Below are positions 49,601 to 62,600 of a DNA stretch of 64,000 nt, in pieces (position 1 is the stretch's first letter; each line of letters opens with the position of its first letter). The notes under the pieces were generated by a model. The model worked only from the letters and a program-made list of their open reading frames with translations, was not told where the DNA came from and ran no database searches. Made by a program: the position numbers and the translations under genes. This DNA is from Macrostomum lignano. Taxonomy: Eukaryota. The DNA is taken from the NCBI GenBank assembly GCA_002269645.1, contig NIVC01000049.1:1-64000 (forward strand), read 5' to 3'.

Positions 49601-50076
49601 AGTGCAGTTTTGACAAGCTGCAATATACAGATTCCGCGTTTTCAGTTTGCATTTTAAACAAACAGTCGATCAGTTCCAACAACTGCCACCAATTCAAGTG
49701 AAGTGGGGCAACCGTTTTCGAACAGTTGCAACAAAAATAAAACAGCGATTCAGAATCGGCACTAGTGCATACATTTTCGACAAAAAATCAAAATAAGCGT
49801 ACAGTATATATATGCAGTTCTTACAGCAATTGCGCCAACCATGCAATTTCGTCAAGTGGGATGGAATTAAAGAGCCAGAGCTGTATGGAAATTTTTATCA
49901 AAAGAAAAATTCTTCTTCCGTTTCCTATGAATTGACAGTCATATGTAAATTCCCCGGGGTCACGATAAGAAAAATCATCGCGGTCCGGCCGAATAAGAAA
50001 ATTTCCTGGAAAATTAAATCGACATCCCTAATTGCGCACTATAGGAAACCGCCTCTCAGGGCCCAGACTATATACA

Positions 50077-50333
50077 CTCAGCAACATTGAAAAGTCGCCA
50101 CTCTATGCGCCAGTAAGCGATTTCTCTTAAACTATTCTGAAATAAAAGATGCGAGAAAACTGATCGGGGTAGCTTTAATCCATCCAACCCTCGCACACCG
50201 CTTACCCCATTTCATTCCTCAACTCAAGTCTGCCGCAAGTTGCGTCACTCGCAAAGATTGAGAGACTTTACCTGCACTCTGTGGCGACCACAGACGGAAT
50301 CCGCTGTGATGGCGACTTTTCAATGTTGCTGAG
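50077..50333. mobile_element. MITE with 24-bp TIRs in TA-rich flanks
   Basis: CTCAGCAACATTGAAAAGTCGCCA (50077-50100) is the reverse complement of 50310-50333. A degenerate third end occurs at ~50627-50657. Confidence 0.75.
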
Positions 50334-51257
50334 TATAATTAGTGTGCAATTGAATAATACCGTTCCCCCCCCCCTGCGCACGCGGGATGACAACTGAAAG
50401 AAAATATACTCATACTCATATTTTGCAACTTGCACTACGCGACGCAGAGTTGGGCTGGGTGAGGAGGGATTAGGAAGAGCGGAGGGCGAAGATTAAATAG
50501 ATTGAAGCTTTCGCCCGATGTTCAATGTTTTTTGAACAAGCATTTTTATTATCAAAATGGTTGGCCAGGTGATAGACGCTGGTCGAAAGACGCTGGGGAA
50601 AGGTCCATTTGCTCACTGGGGCAAATGGTGGCAAATTTTCAATGTTGCTGCTGAGTATTATTGAATATTTTTTATCGCAAATATTATTTTAAAAATTTCA
50701 AGCGGACACGCACGGGTGCACGTGAACCGTTCAGCCACAATGATAAAACGCCTCAACATGAACGAAAACTTAGGTTAAAGGCAGTTTTGAACTTTCTACC
50801 GCATTCATTCAAGTGCAACTGAACTCAATCTCTATGACTTCTACATGTATATAATAGACGTGGCAGATAACGTGCACTGTCCCAAAAACCAAACAAGCTT
50901 TTAGTCACGTGAGCGTCGCGCTATCAATTGACGATCTCATCCTATTGGTTGCGTGTGGAAGAGGAAATGGGGGTGGTGGGCGAGACACATGCCTAGCCGA
51001 TAGTTTTGGGGTGAGAGATTTTTAGGGGTGGGGCTGCATATGGGGGGGGGGGTGGCGGGTTCGCGCGTTCAAGCCAAAACTGAGACCTGGGGTGAGTCAG
51101 TCGCTTTGCAACCCCCGGTTAAGAAATAAAGGGTTTTGTGTGGGCGAGACAGACTTTGTTATTTAATAAGTCTCGCCAAAAACATTGAGATAAGAGCGCT
51201 GATATTTTGAGTGCTATATTATTTCAAGAATATTCAGCAGACACAACAAATTTAATT

Positions 51258-51803
51258 ATGTCTGGCCGCATGTTACAGCACGACAGCACAGTTGGAGGTC
51301 GCCACTGCTGGACAAGTGGTCAAGTGATGCTGTTGCAACAGCAGCCTCAGCCGGCGCTCCAGCTTCCAACAGCCATGGGTGGTTATATTCATCCTCAGCA
51401 AGGTTATCATCGTCGTTCTCAAAATGTCTGGCCGACTCAGTCGATCATGGACAACCAATTGGAGGCGCTGGGTAGGCGACTTCAGTCTTGCATTGTGCAG
51501 CTGATCAACCAAGGATTCAATGAATCAGAAGCGCGTCTAAGCCTATTGCGTCATCGATTCAACGTTGAAGCCGCTTCCGAGGAGCTGCATCACGCCGCAT
51601 TTATGCGCAAATTGCAGCGAGCCTCGCAGACTCGAGCCGAACTTGGCTACGTTCGATCTGACGTCTACAGGTGCGGGCACAAATGTCTGCAGCGGTACCA
51701 GCCTTGCCTGCCCAGCATTTTCGAGGCCAACAGTGCGACTTTGACAAGCTCAGCTACAGTCGCTTTTCCTATTCACGAACGGGCGAAGTCGAGCTTCACT
51801 TGA
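51258..51803 (+). CDS. Small intronless protein (~181 aa) with a UBA-like motif
   Basis: ATG at 51258 is in frame with ORF 51207-51803. QLINQGFNESEARLSLLRHRFNVEAASEEL fits the UBA pattern; the N-terminus is Gln-rich. Confidence 0.55.
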   Translation: MSGRMLQHDSTVGGRHCWTSGQVMLLQQQPQPALQLPTAMGGYIHPQQGYHRRSQNVWPTQSIMDNQLEALGRRLQSCIVQLINQGFNESEARLSLLRHRFNVEAASEELHHAAFMRKLQRASQTRAELGYVRSDVYRCGHKCLQRYQPCLPSIFEANSATLTSSATVAFPIHERAKSSFT

Positions 51804-52323
51804 AATGCGGGGGGTGCAGCTGGTACTGACGAACACTGTTCGGTTAAAGTTTTTTGGTTGCTAAATTACATAACGTTCGTTTTTTTCTTGACAAGCTCAT
51901 TTAACTTATGACAGTTTTTTGCACTCGATTTTTAGCCTGTGCAGTTTATAAACAGTTGTTTTAAGTGTGTATTATATATTTTTCGCGTTTCTGGTTTTAC
52001 GTATTGTGCGCTATTTTTCTTGTTTTTTTTCCAAATCTGTAACTTTATTTACTTTCTGTTCCTATTTATGTGCAATTCTTTTTGAACTGTTGTTTATTGG
52101 TTTCCCAATTTTCTTTCCCATTTTGCAACTCCTGTGTCTTTATATTAATAAAAAATACAATGCTGCATGTAATAAATAAAGTAACAAACAGTTCTGAGGA
52201 AAGTCAGAGAGTGGTTCTGCATGAAATTGGTTGATTCGGCCTCTTCAATACTTTAGGTCTTTAAATTTTAAAAAATAGTCGGGTAAAACTGCAGCTCATT
52301 ACAGTGTAAGTCGGCGCCCTCAC

Positions 52324-53015
52324 TTAAAAACGCCACTCTATTAGCAGTAGAAAGACCACGCTATTTTTCCCCATGGGAAAAGACCACGGGGGTGTATTAC
52401 AAATACACACGACCCATTTCACGATAGCTCGCAAACCGAATTACCGATTTTCGTAAAAGTCCACCTTATGAATCAAAATTTCCGCCCTTTCTAACGAACT
52501 AACTTTTAAAGTCATCCGACGTCAGCATCGTCGAGATATTCAACGATTCTTGTCGAAGACACTGGTGGGAAGGACAACCAACACTACACTGTATAAACCT
52601 TTATGATGAATCCATATTGGCTCAATAATTTGGTCCATCTGTCGTAGAGGCCTTTGTTCTCAGCATCCCAGGCACCAGGGTCCCCTTCATCACCGTCTGG
52701 AGCAGCGGCGGCGACCGTCGGGACCTTCAACAAAAGCACCCGATCGGCATCTCAGAGACGGCTGCGTTCCCAAAACTGAAATGGAAGAATCCTCTTCTGC
52801 ATGCAGCATCCAGTCAGTAGACATAATCGGTGAATGAAATGGACGATGGCGACTCTCTAGGCTGACCTGTAGACATACAGGCGACCTTCGGAACCTTCAA
52901 CGGAGTGCCTCGTACAATTGCGGCCCCGACGAGCTGACACCGCCAACATCTTGATTTTTCTATCAAGGCACCAAACCAGGCATGTTTGCATATTATACAA
53001 TGCTTTTGCACTATG
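52324..53015 (+). mobile_element. Partial (5') copy of the piggyBac element, inverted relative to the main copy
   Basis: Begins at TTAA (52324-52327). Shares CAGTAGAAAGACCA, CAGGCACCAGGGTCCCCTTCATCACCGTCTGGAGCA and GATTTTTCTATCAAGGCAC with the reverse complement of 54910-55438. Confidence 0.75.
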
Positions 53016-53071
53016 ATTCATTAGAGAGTTACAGATTAACTGGTGACTAAAAGAAATAAAATATTTAATTC

Positions 53072-53247
53072 GTCAAAAATGATATTACAGCATGTCAAAA
53101 ATGATATTACAGCATGTCAAATATGATGTTACAGCATGTCAAATATGATGTTAAAGCATGTCAAAATGATATTACAGCATGTCAAGACTGATATATTGCA
53201 GCATGTAAAAAGTGATACTACAGCATTTCACATATGATACTACAGCA
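53072..53247. repeat. 22-bp tandem repeat (AAAAATGATATTACAGCATGTC), ~8 degenerating copies
   Basis: Read directly. Confidence 0.85.
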
Positions 53248-53299
53248 AATTCAGAGCAGAAGGATTTGAGCACCGATATAAACACAAAAGCGGAGTCAA

Positions 53300-55438
53300 T
53301 TGGCACTATTTAATTTGGTGCAAACTCGCGCAGTAATGGTGACTCACTGTCTCTTCCATCGCGGTGTGTTCGACAAATTCCATCGTCACACATGCAACAC
53401 TTCCTTGTTGTTGCTCTCAAGGCACGCTTCTCGTCCTTCGACTTTTATCTCGCGCATGTTGCACAGCGCTTTCTGCCACCAACTGACACCACAGCCACCG
53501 CTTCGCGTGCCTGTTCCTTCATTTGCTCGTCGTTGATTTGACAACCTGCAGCGAGCTGGAACATCAGCCGGTGATGATTGGACAGATTCTGAAGAAGAGC
53601 GGCCGATTATGAGCGCTCCTCGATCAGAGGTTGCAGAAGTTGCGCAGCTGCCTTGCGCTGGAACTCGTTGCGATAGTTCGGCGAGGTGCAGAGCTCCGGA
53701 TGCGCCAGTCTCCAGATAGCAGCGGCATTTACAGCTGCTATGTTGAGTGCGCCGCCGGAGAAAATTGCCTTCTCGCTTGAGTCGGACTTTCGCTTGCAGT
53801 CGGATGTGCAGAACATCCTGTTGCAGGCGTCCGTGCCACTCTTGCTAGAATTCAGTGGCGTAGCCAGGAATTTCAATTGGGTGGGGGGGGGCGGGTTGGC
53901 CTGGCTGGCCATGCCTTATGCCATTGCCACTTTTGGTGCTGCAGGCACTCATTTTGGCGCCGCAGGCACTCATTTTGGCGCCGCAGACACTCATTTTAGC
54001 GCCGCATGCACTCATTTTGGCGCCGCAGGCACTCATTTTGGCGCAGCAGGCACTCATTTTGGCGCCGCAGGCACTCATTCTAGCGCCGCAGGCACTCAAT
54101 TGCCTCATGGTTTTTGGTACCCGCCGCGCCTAACCCCACCCCCCCGGTCCCCCCCCCCTGCTACGCCACTGGTAGAATTGTAGTACGTGCCTATTGCTAC
54201 AGGCTTGCCATTGCATGGGAAGCAATTGTCTGTCGTGATGCATGGTGGACATAGACATCACGTTTCGGCCTGTCTTGGGGCAATAGGACACACGTGAGCT
54301 CCTCAGAAAACAAACTGGAATTCGCTCGTGTGTGGAGCCATGGTTTGAATTGAATTCTTGAGATCGACTGGCAGGCCACCACGAGTGCGCATCACTGTTC
54401 CAAGAACGTGAATCCCATTTCTCGGTAAAAGTGATTGGCCAGCGCAGGACTCGAAAAGAATCTGTCACGTGATGTTGTACCAGTGTCCTCTGAATGGATC
54501 AGCCAAACGGCAAACAACTTGCTCACCAATCTCCGCACCTCTGAGCCCTTGGCCAACCGAGCATCGGATTCCTGTGATGCAAAATTAGTGGACAGCAATG
54601 TTCCTTTGCCAGCGCAGATTTCCGCATTGAACACATAGCGGTTGTCATGTCATCCTGAATCTTTGGATTCCCAGCCGATGTCAGCAGGAACTGCTTGGCA
54701 CCATTGCGACCGGGCTTCTCCTTCAGAAAGACCGTCAAGTCACAGTTCACACCCCAGTAGACAACCAGAGTTTCGTCGACGCAGAGGTACGGTCCGGGAA
54801 GGACAGGATGGCGCAGCTGACTGACAAAGGTGTCCCACGGGCGTCGGATGCCGTAGAGCTTGTCCGTTGCGGCAGTCCGCTGACGATGTTCGGCAGTTTC
54901 GAATTTAACATGGTGCAAAAGCTTTGTATAATATGCAAAGATGCCTTATTGGGTGCCTTGATAGAAAAATCACGATGTTAGGGGTGCCAGCTCGTCGGGG
55001 CCGCATGGTGGCACTCCGTTGAAGGTCCGACGGTCGCCGCCGATGCTCCAGACGGTGATGAAGGGGACCCTGGTGCCTGCGATGCTGAGAGCAAAAGTTC
55101 CTGCGACTGATATGCATATAGTTTGTTGAGCCGATGTGGTTTCATGTTGAGATTTTGTGAGCAGAAAAGTTTTACCAATGTTGGTGGTTTTTGCCACCAG
55201 ACACCCCGAGGAGAATCGTTGAATGCGAGTATCTCGATGATGCCGATTTTTCGTGATTCTCGAAGTGGCTTCATTGAATAGAGCGGAAAATTTTAGCCCG
55301 TGTTCTGGATTTTAATGGCAATTGGTTGTATATTTTTGGAGATCCAAACAAAGGAAAAATGTGTGTATTTGAATTCCACCCACATGGTCTTTCTACTGTT
55401 GACGAAAATGTCAAAATTCTTAAATAGAGGGTGCTTAA
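53300..55438 (-). pseudogene. Decayed piggyBac transposase/element
   Basis: Fragments in the expected order: TDKLYGIRRPWDTFV..PGPYLCVDETLV..KPGRNG (54523-54918); GTTSRDRFFSS; VSYCPKTGRNVMSMSTMHHD; CKRK..KAIF..LNIAAVNA..LLQPLIEER (53607-53870); Cys-rich tail RKRCATC..RKCCMCDDGICRTH (~53360-53480). TTAA at 55435-55438. Confidence 0.88.
53853..54171. mobile_element. hAT-type MITE inserted in the piggyBac, containing a 21-bp array (CATTTTGGCGCCGCAGGCACT)
   Basis: TIRs CAGTGGCGTAGC and GCTACGCCACTG; near-perfect 8-bp TSD CTAGAATT/GTAGAATT. Confidence 0.85.
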
Positions 55439-56676
55439 AAATAAATTCGATTCAACTACTGTTCTAGCAAACCAGTAAGTATAGTATACGAATATTCACA
55501 TGCATCTACCTTATATGCATGTAAAATTAACAGAGATCAGGGGGGCAACAACATCGTGTAGGTTATCTGAAGGCCGGATTTTCTGCATGAAATCCACAGA
55601 ATTTCCAACAGCACATGCTTTCTTAAACCGCTGTTTTCGTGGGAAAAACTTAGGTAAATAACACACTGTATTTGTCACTGGTCAGATACATGTACTAATT
55701 CCCGTAGCTTCATTCATTTACATGTACGGTGTAGGGCCAAAGGCAGACACTTAGAACCCAAAAATTTCAAGAAAGAATTTTGGTTGAAAAATACACATTA
55801 CAACAGTACTCTATGTACATGAGAATGTATAAACCGTACGGAATTATACATTTGTATTCATATGAAACAAATTTAAGCAATTTACACATTCCAGCATGAA
55901 AAAGTGCTTATATATTACTAGCTACCCGATTTTAAGTAGTAATATTAGACTGTATATCAAAAATATTTTAAATACGTAATTGAGCTGAATTTATAGATAG
56001 ACCAGATGGATTGTATTTTTCTGCTTTTAACATCCAAAGTTTGTCGATAGCTAATAATTCAATTATTTTGATCAAAAGAAATATCGATTCAGCGTCCCAT
56101 TAAAATGTGCTGTTCATTTACCCTTACTAACCATTACATAACTGTACATGGACATGTAAATGCGCGATCGTCCATCTCCTGATGAAGTAAGCTTTAGTAG
56201 TTAGAAAAAAGTACTTTCAAGTTTACAAAGTACAATAATTACGTGTGTGGTCGTATAATGCCTGATACCACAGTACAGCAGTAGTTTGAATCCATTAATA
56301 AAAGTAGACATCTTGCATTCAAAACACTGTAACTCTTTAATTAAGTGATTGGCATCATCAACATAATTTATCGTGCGGTGATTGGAATACTTATCAGGAT
56401 CTGGGCAATTTATCCCTTAATTGTCTCAGTAGAATCCCATTGTGAGCATTAATTATAAAACATCTCCCAGTTTGCTTATCGAGTAGAATCTCATAGCGTT
56501 GTTGCTCTGTCTCTCGAAAGAGATTCTTGAAATAAAAGGATTCGTACAGTATGTTCATTAAGGCGCAAAATAGGATTCTACAGTTTAAATTATGTAGTAA
56601 ACAAATGGAAATAAAAAAGTGGCCTAGAAAATATCCAGCTGATGCTGCCAGCCGAGGTTTACCAGCCGAGACTTGT

Positions 56677-57175
56677 CTTTGCCAGCCATGGTTTGCCAAC
56701 CCATGATTTGCCAGCAATGGTTTGCCAGCAATGGTTTGCCAGTTATGATTTGCCAGCCATGGTTTGCCAGCCATGGTTTGCCAGCAATGGTTTGCCAGCA
56801 ATGTTTGCCAGCCATGGTTTGCCAGCAATGTTTGCCAGCCATGGTTTGCCAGCCATGGTTTGCCAGCCATGGTTTGCCAGCCATGGTTTGCCAGCAATGG
56901 TTTGCCAGCAATGTTTGCCAGCCATGGTTTGCCAGCAATGTTTGCCAGCCGGTTTGCCAGCCATGGTTTGCCAGCAATGGTTTGCCAGCCATGGTTTGCC
57001 AGCAATGTTTGCCAGCCATCGTTTGCCAGCAATGTTTGCCAGCCATCGTTTGCCAGCAATGTTTGCCAGCCATCGTTTGCCAGCCATATGGTTTGCCTTG
57101 CCTGTCGAAATTTGCCAGCCATAGTTTGCCAGCCATATGGTTTGCCTTGCTTGTCGAAGTTTGCCAGCCTGCCGA
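56677..57175. repeat. 13-14-bp tandem repeat (ATGGTTTGCCAGCC family)
   Basis: Read directly; source of several spurious ORFs. Confidence 0.92.
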
Positions 57176-59551
57176 AATTTGCTGGAATCTACAGTAAACA
57201 AACTGGGGATGTTAAAGAGGTACAAAATGGAATTCTTAGTGCAGACAATGCATGTAAAGTAACATCTAGAATTCGTTTCACAAGTCATGTAGAGTTTGAA
57301 AATCTCTAAGAATTCTCTAAGTGAAATATACGGCTCGTATTTTACGAGCGTATTTTCAACTTCTCTAACAGCGATTCTTAAAAGTACTTTTGATTGAGCC
57401 AAAGCGAGTTCGGGCTCACGTTTTGTCACACCTAGGCAAACGTCCTTCTAGTGATAGAATACCGAACGTCATATCTTTTTCCATATTTTCCACGCATGCA
57501 TAAATTTTTCGGCATCATAAAAATGCCCCGATAAGAGAGGTTAGCAAATAATTCCACCTCTGTCGGAACATTCGAAATTCGATATTAACGTCGGTATTTT
57601 TATCTTTCCGAAGAATTCTGTGCAATGGGGCTATAGTTACCCCCCCCCCCCCACTTGAGGGTATTTTAGCGGCCCATGCCAAGTGGAAAAGTTTGTAATT
57701 GGTTCTAACAACGTTTCAAAGTAACTGTTGCTGGTGCAGTTATTTTCGTTCGGTTAATTTGGTCTTCGGGTACACACTCTGATCGTTCGAGACTCACGAG
57801 GGTGGGTCATGTACAGTCACTAAAGAGAGATTTCAAGTCAGATCGTGGAAGGGGGGTTGGAAAAAACGTCTTGCGGGTGAATTCTAAATTACATGCAGTG
57901 CCCGCTCGGTAGAGGGCTAGGCGGTTTTACAGTCTAATGCCTGGTAAATTTCCACTGGACACACGTGAGCGCAGCGAGCCCCGACTCGGCAATCCAAGTA
58001 GTGTTAGAATAATTTTTCTAAACCAAATTTTTATCAATCAGTTCTGTATAGAGATAATTAGCTCAAAAACCTTTAAGGCTTGTAGTTGAGAAAATGCATG
58101 AAAGATTTAATTTTGTCGAAGTGAAGCTTCTAAATTATCGAATATTTGAAATCGCAGCTGGTGTGCAAATCTGCTGACTATTTTGATATTTAGCTAGCTG
58201 CGTTTAGTGCGACAGGGTTTAAAGTCAATACAAAATCCATTTAATATCAGCTCTACTCAAATGTCAGTACTAACAGTACAGTACATGTGTACCTCATCTG
58301 TGTTGATCTAGAAGTATGAATAATTAAGTGCGATTCTGCAACGAAAACTAATATGACTTGCAAATTAGTTTGTTTGTAAGGTTAATTCTATTTGCTCATG
58401 CCTATGCTCTTTTGTAATGGCGTCATCGTCAATTCACGAGAATTAGCCACTCGATTTTTCGGTCAAATACCTCAATCAGTTTCTTTTGGAGGGTTTCCCG
58501 AGTTAAAATTGGAGTTCGCTATCTGAAACCGTTTGCTGGGACCCCGAAGCTTTGCGTGACGCACGTGTCGTTAAAAAAGCAGTCAGTTCTCAGGGCGGAC
58601 ATCACTTTCGACCTTAAGTATACAGTAATAATACAGTTTTAGTAAAGTTCATACATGATATGTACCTTTACATATCGTCACTAGGAAATAATTATTGAAA
58701 AATTATTATCCAACAAATTCCTTGCATGAACTAACTAATTTGATTGACTTTTTAAAAACTTGTTAGCTAGTTAATTAATAAACATGCATTTATTAAAACT
58801 GCTTGCATACATATGTAGCTAATTAAGACTCGATCTTAAGAAGAAATTTAAGCAATTTGATACTTCAAATTTTAAAGAATGTACGAGCGTACAGATTCAG
58901 TAGATTCTTGATACACTTCTTCCCTCATTGTATAGAACAACACGGATAAAATCGTGATTGCTTGCTCATTGTAGTTAATATAAGACCCCTTTCAAGTTTT
59001 AGTATTTAATTTCCCATTTTGAAAGTCTTCAAACTGTTGAAATCAATCAGCCCAATTATTGAAATTGCTGCTTTCGATTTTCTGCTTCATCATTAGATTA
59101 CCAGTTTAATATTTAAACACTATTTTATTTAGCTACCATCTGTAGCTAATTCTTTATTTTTTATGATTCACATTGTCGTTGTCATTTTAACCAATTAGAT
59201 ATTTTATTAATGCAATCTTCATTTGAACTAGCTCTTCTTTGATTTCCGCGCCAGCCAGAAAAACAAATTTTAAATACATTTGCATTACAATTAGTAAGGG
59301 ACGAATCTTTCTGAGAGCGTAAAGAACTTTTTAGGACTGTATAGCTTGAAAGTGCTGTCATAAAGTTCTAAATTAAGCTCCTTAAATATATGTCACGATG
59401 ATTCAAAAAGTGGAATATTGCGTGCCTATTTAAGTAGCCAAAATTTCCACGAAGCGCGGTTGTCTTTCTTGCTATCTATAAGCACTTGTGACTGCCATAC
59501 GGTTAATTAAGATACACTTGCCCAAAGCAACTCCGCACGAATCCCTTCGAA

Positions 59552-59624
59552 ATGACTACCAACAAGGGCGAAGGCTTCAAAACGTTTCTTTTCACTTCAG
59601 AGTCTGTCGGAGAAGGACATCCAG
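59552..59624 (+). CDS. MAT: MAT exon 1
   Basis: [11 protein letters not shown] signature; donor GTAAGC. Confidence 0.93.
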
Positions 59625-62600
59625 GTAAGCTTAAAAGGCCTAACAACCAGTGAACCACTCAATTTATATCATCAATAGCTTTTCCCCCATCAACTGATAT
59701 AACTTGCAATATGGCCTATGCTATGGAGTAATGGAGTATGGGTTATTTTAAACTAAAAGAAAAGTTTATTAACAATATTTTCAATTTAAGCCTAATAGGC
59801 CTAGTTTTAATTTTTTAAACAACTTACAAATATTTTGAATGCATAACAATTGTCAATAATGCCAATATCAAATAGCAATAAATTTATTTTTGTACTTGTT
59901 ATATTATTTCCATACTAATAATAATAATATATTATGATATTATATAATACTAGGTCTACATAGGCTAACTAATATAATATTAGTTATTTAATATTATCAT
60001 GCTTGGGTGCAACCTAGGGATTCACCCAGCCATTTCTATTGGCAATACACACATGTAAGTCACTATTCGATGGAATAGTAGTCATATGACTACTCTCAGC
60101 CAATAGCAACTTACATGTGTGTGTTGCCAATAGAAATGGCTAGGTGAATCCCAAGGTTGCGCATATATGAATATTATTCCTATAGCTTAAGTCAATATTT
60201 GCAATTATATTTTTTTTTACATAGCCATATAAGCCAATATATCTACATTGAAAGAAAGCAAAGGCTATTTACCATAGTCAGGAAGGTGGCACAAGCCAGA
60301 CTCCGGATGGTATACATGTATGCTAGAATTTTCTGGCGTACAGAGGGACCTAGATTATACATTGGCATACAACTTGGTGTACAAAGGCACCTGGCGTGCC
60401 CTCTTGGCATATAGCTTGGCGTATAGAGATTGCTAAGACCAGCAGGTAGGACCAAAAGTTCCGAGTCCCAACAGTCAATCTACATAATTAGCATACAAAA
60501 TAAAAAATGGACATAGTTATAGTCCATGTACATAGTTACAGTAGCTAAATTTTGATCAAAAAGAATAGCCGGCCCTCTACAAAAATAACGGAAAACTAAA
60601 TAAAAAAAACTGGGTTTAAATTTTCCAAGTAAGTAAAAGTAAAACAAAAATAGTTAAAATGAACTAGTTCTCTACAGTTTAATAAAAAAAAATTTAGTTC
60701 TAACATATAGGTTGTTTGAATATTAGAATTTTGCAAGCTTTTAATATTAGTTGTAATTTGTAATTTTTATTTTGGCTTATTTTCATATGCAATAAAAAGT
60801 TCGTTGGCGTATACTGGCATGCATGAGCTATGAAAGTAATTTTTGTTCTGGCATACAGCGGTACATGATCCTGACCCTGGGGCAAAAGGTGTGCCAAAAG
60901 AATTTTTTAGGAAAAGATCTTTGGCATCATTGCTTGAATTGTATATTAGTGTATACTAAGGGTTTAATGCTATAAATAATAACAAAACCTTGTTTCTAGT
61001 GTCAATGTGTCATGGTGCACCAAATGACTTTTTTGACCTTTTGTCCTATCAGGATGGTGCACATTAAAAACATGCAAGTTGTAGCAACTGTGGCCCCTTG
61101 GCACATTTTTGTTTAACCCTTAATATCTGCACATTTTTATGCGCTAAATATTTTAGGGACTAGTAGTATGAGCCATAATTGTGCACTATATGCACTAGGA
61201 AGCTCAGTGTGCACCAAATATACAAAGGACTCCTTTTGTAGGCAAGAATGTTTTATAGCATAGGCCACCTTCCTGACTATGGGCCATCTATAGTTCTAGC
61301 ACTACCATAGTCCAATGGCCTTTTCATGAAAAATTATAGTGCAGAGAGTGGTCTAGACTCTAGCACTTTGCTAATTGGTCTAGTATAGCATAGAAAGTAG
61401 TTTATAGCTTTAAGTTTTATATAGCCAGATCCATAGACATTAGAAAATAGGTTCTGCTGCCATAGCTCTAGCCATTGACAATTAAGAAGGTAGTATATAG
61501 CATGCATATGAATGTTTTAAGATAATCTTATATAATCTGTGTGCCATCTATGGGCTGTTTCTTTATACTATTTCTGTGCTTTGACATAAATGCAAGTTAG
61601 ATTAACAAGTAATTATATGTTTTATAATAAATTCTCAGAAAAAAATAACTATATGCTACATGTACTAGGGACCTTAGTAAGCACTGTCACTAGTTGTCAA
61701 AGACATTAGAGACTTCTTTTTATGTACAAAAATTTTCTTGACACAGTAATCTAATTTCCTAATAATTATAGTAAAGAATGTATCTATATAGACTTCTAAA
61801 CCAAGGTGATTTTTTAAATAACTTATTATATATAGGATCAAGTGAGTATGTATTTATAATAAAAATAGTACTAAATCTTTTGATTTTCAGAGTAATAGTG
61901 CAATTTTATTCTAGTTTTTAAAGCTAAAAATGCTTATATTATACATTTAGTGACTTTTTTAAAGCTAACTTTTTTACACATCTATTCCTCCTTTGTTTAG
62001 ACAAAATCTGCGATCAGGTCAGCGATGCAGTTCTAGATGCCCACCTGAAGCAGGATGCCAATGCTAAAGTGGCCTGCGAGTGCTTCACCAAGACTGGCAT
62101 GATTATGGTTGGCGGCGAGATCAGCTCAACCGCTATTGTGGATTATCAGCGCGTCATTCGCGAGACAATCCGCCAGATTGGCTACGACGATTCTAGCAAA
62201 GGCTTCGATTATAAGACTTGCAATGTGCTAGTGGCGCTTGAAGAGCAGAGCCCGGACATTGCTCAGGGTGTCCACGTCGCCCGAGCTGACGATGACATTG
62301 GCGCTGGCGATCAGGGACTTATGTTTGGCTATGCCACCGACGAGACTGAGGAGTGCATGCCGCTCACCATTGTGCTGGCCCATGGGCTCAATGCTAGGCT
62401 GGCCCAGTGCAGACGTGACGGCACTCTTCCTTGGCTGAGGCCCGACACCAAAACTCAGGTTGGTTGAAGCCAGAGAAAGTCAGTATGTGTGCTAATGAGG
62501 CTACTTTTGATTCAGTAAAGAGTTGAGGATCTAGAAGCCCTCTCACCCTAACCCCTTGGTTAAATCATTATTAACCTAGTTGCAAGTTAAGTCAAGTTGC

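Noticed and set aside
56394-57429. LANHGWQT/FASHGLPA repeat ORFs
   Set aside because: Translations of the 14-bp array.
60330-60350. TACAGAGGG as a METTL16 site in MAT intron 1
   Set aside because: It does not match UACAGARAA and shows no supporting hairpin.
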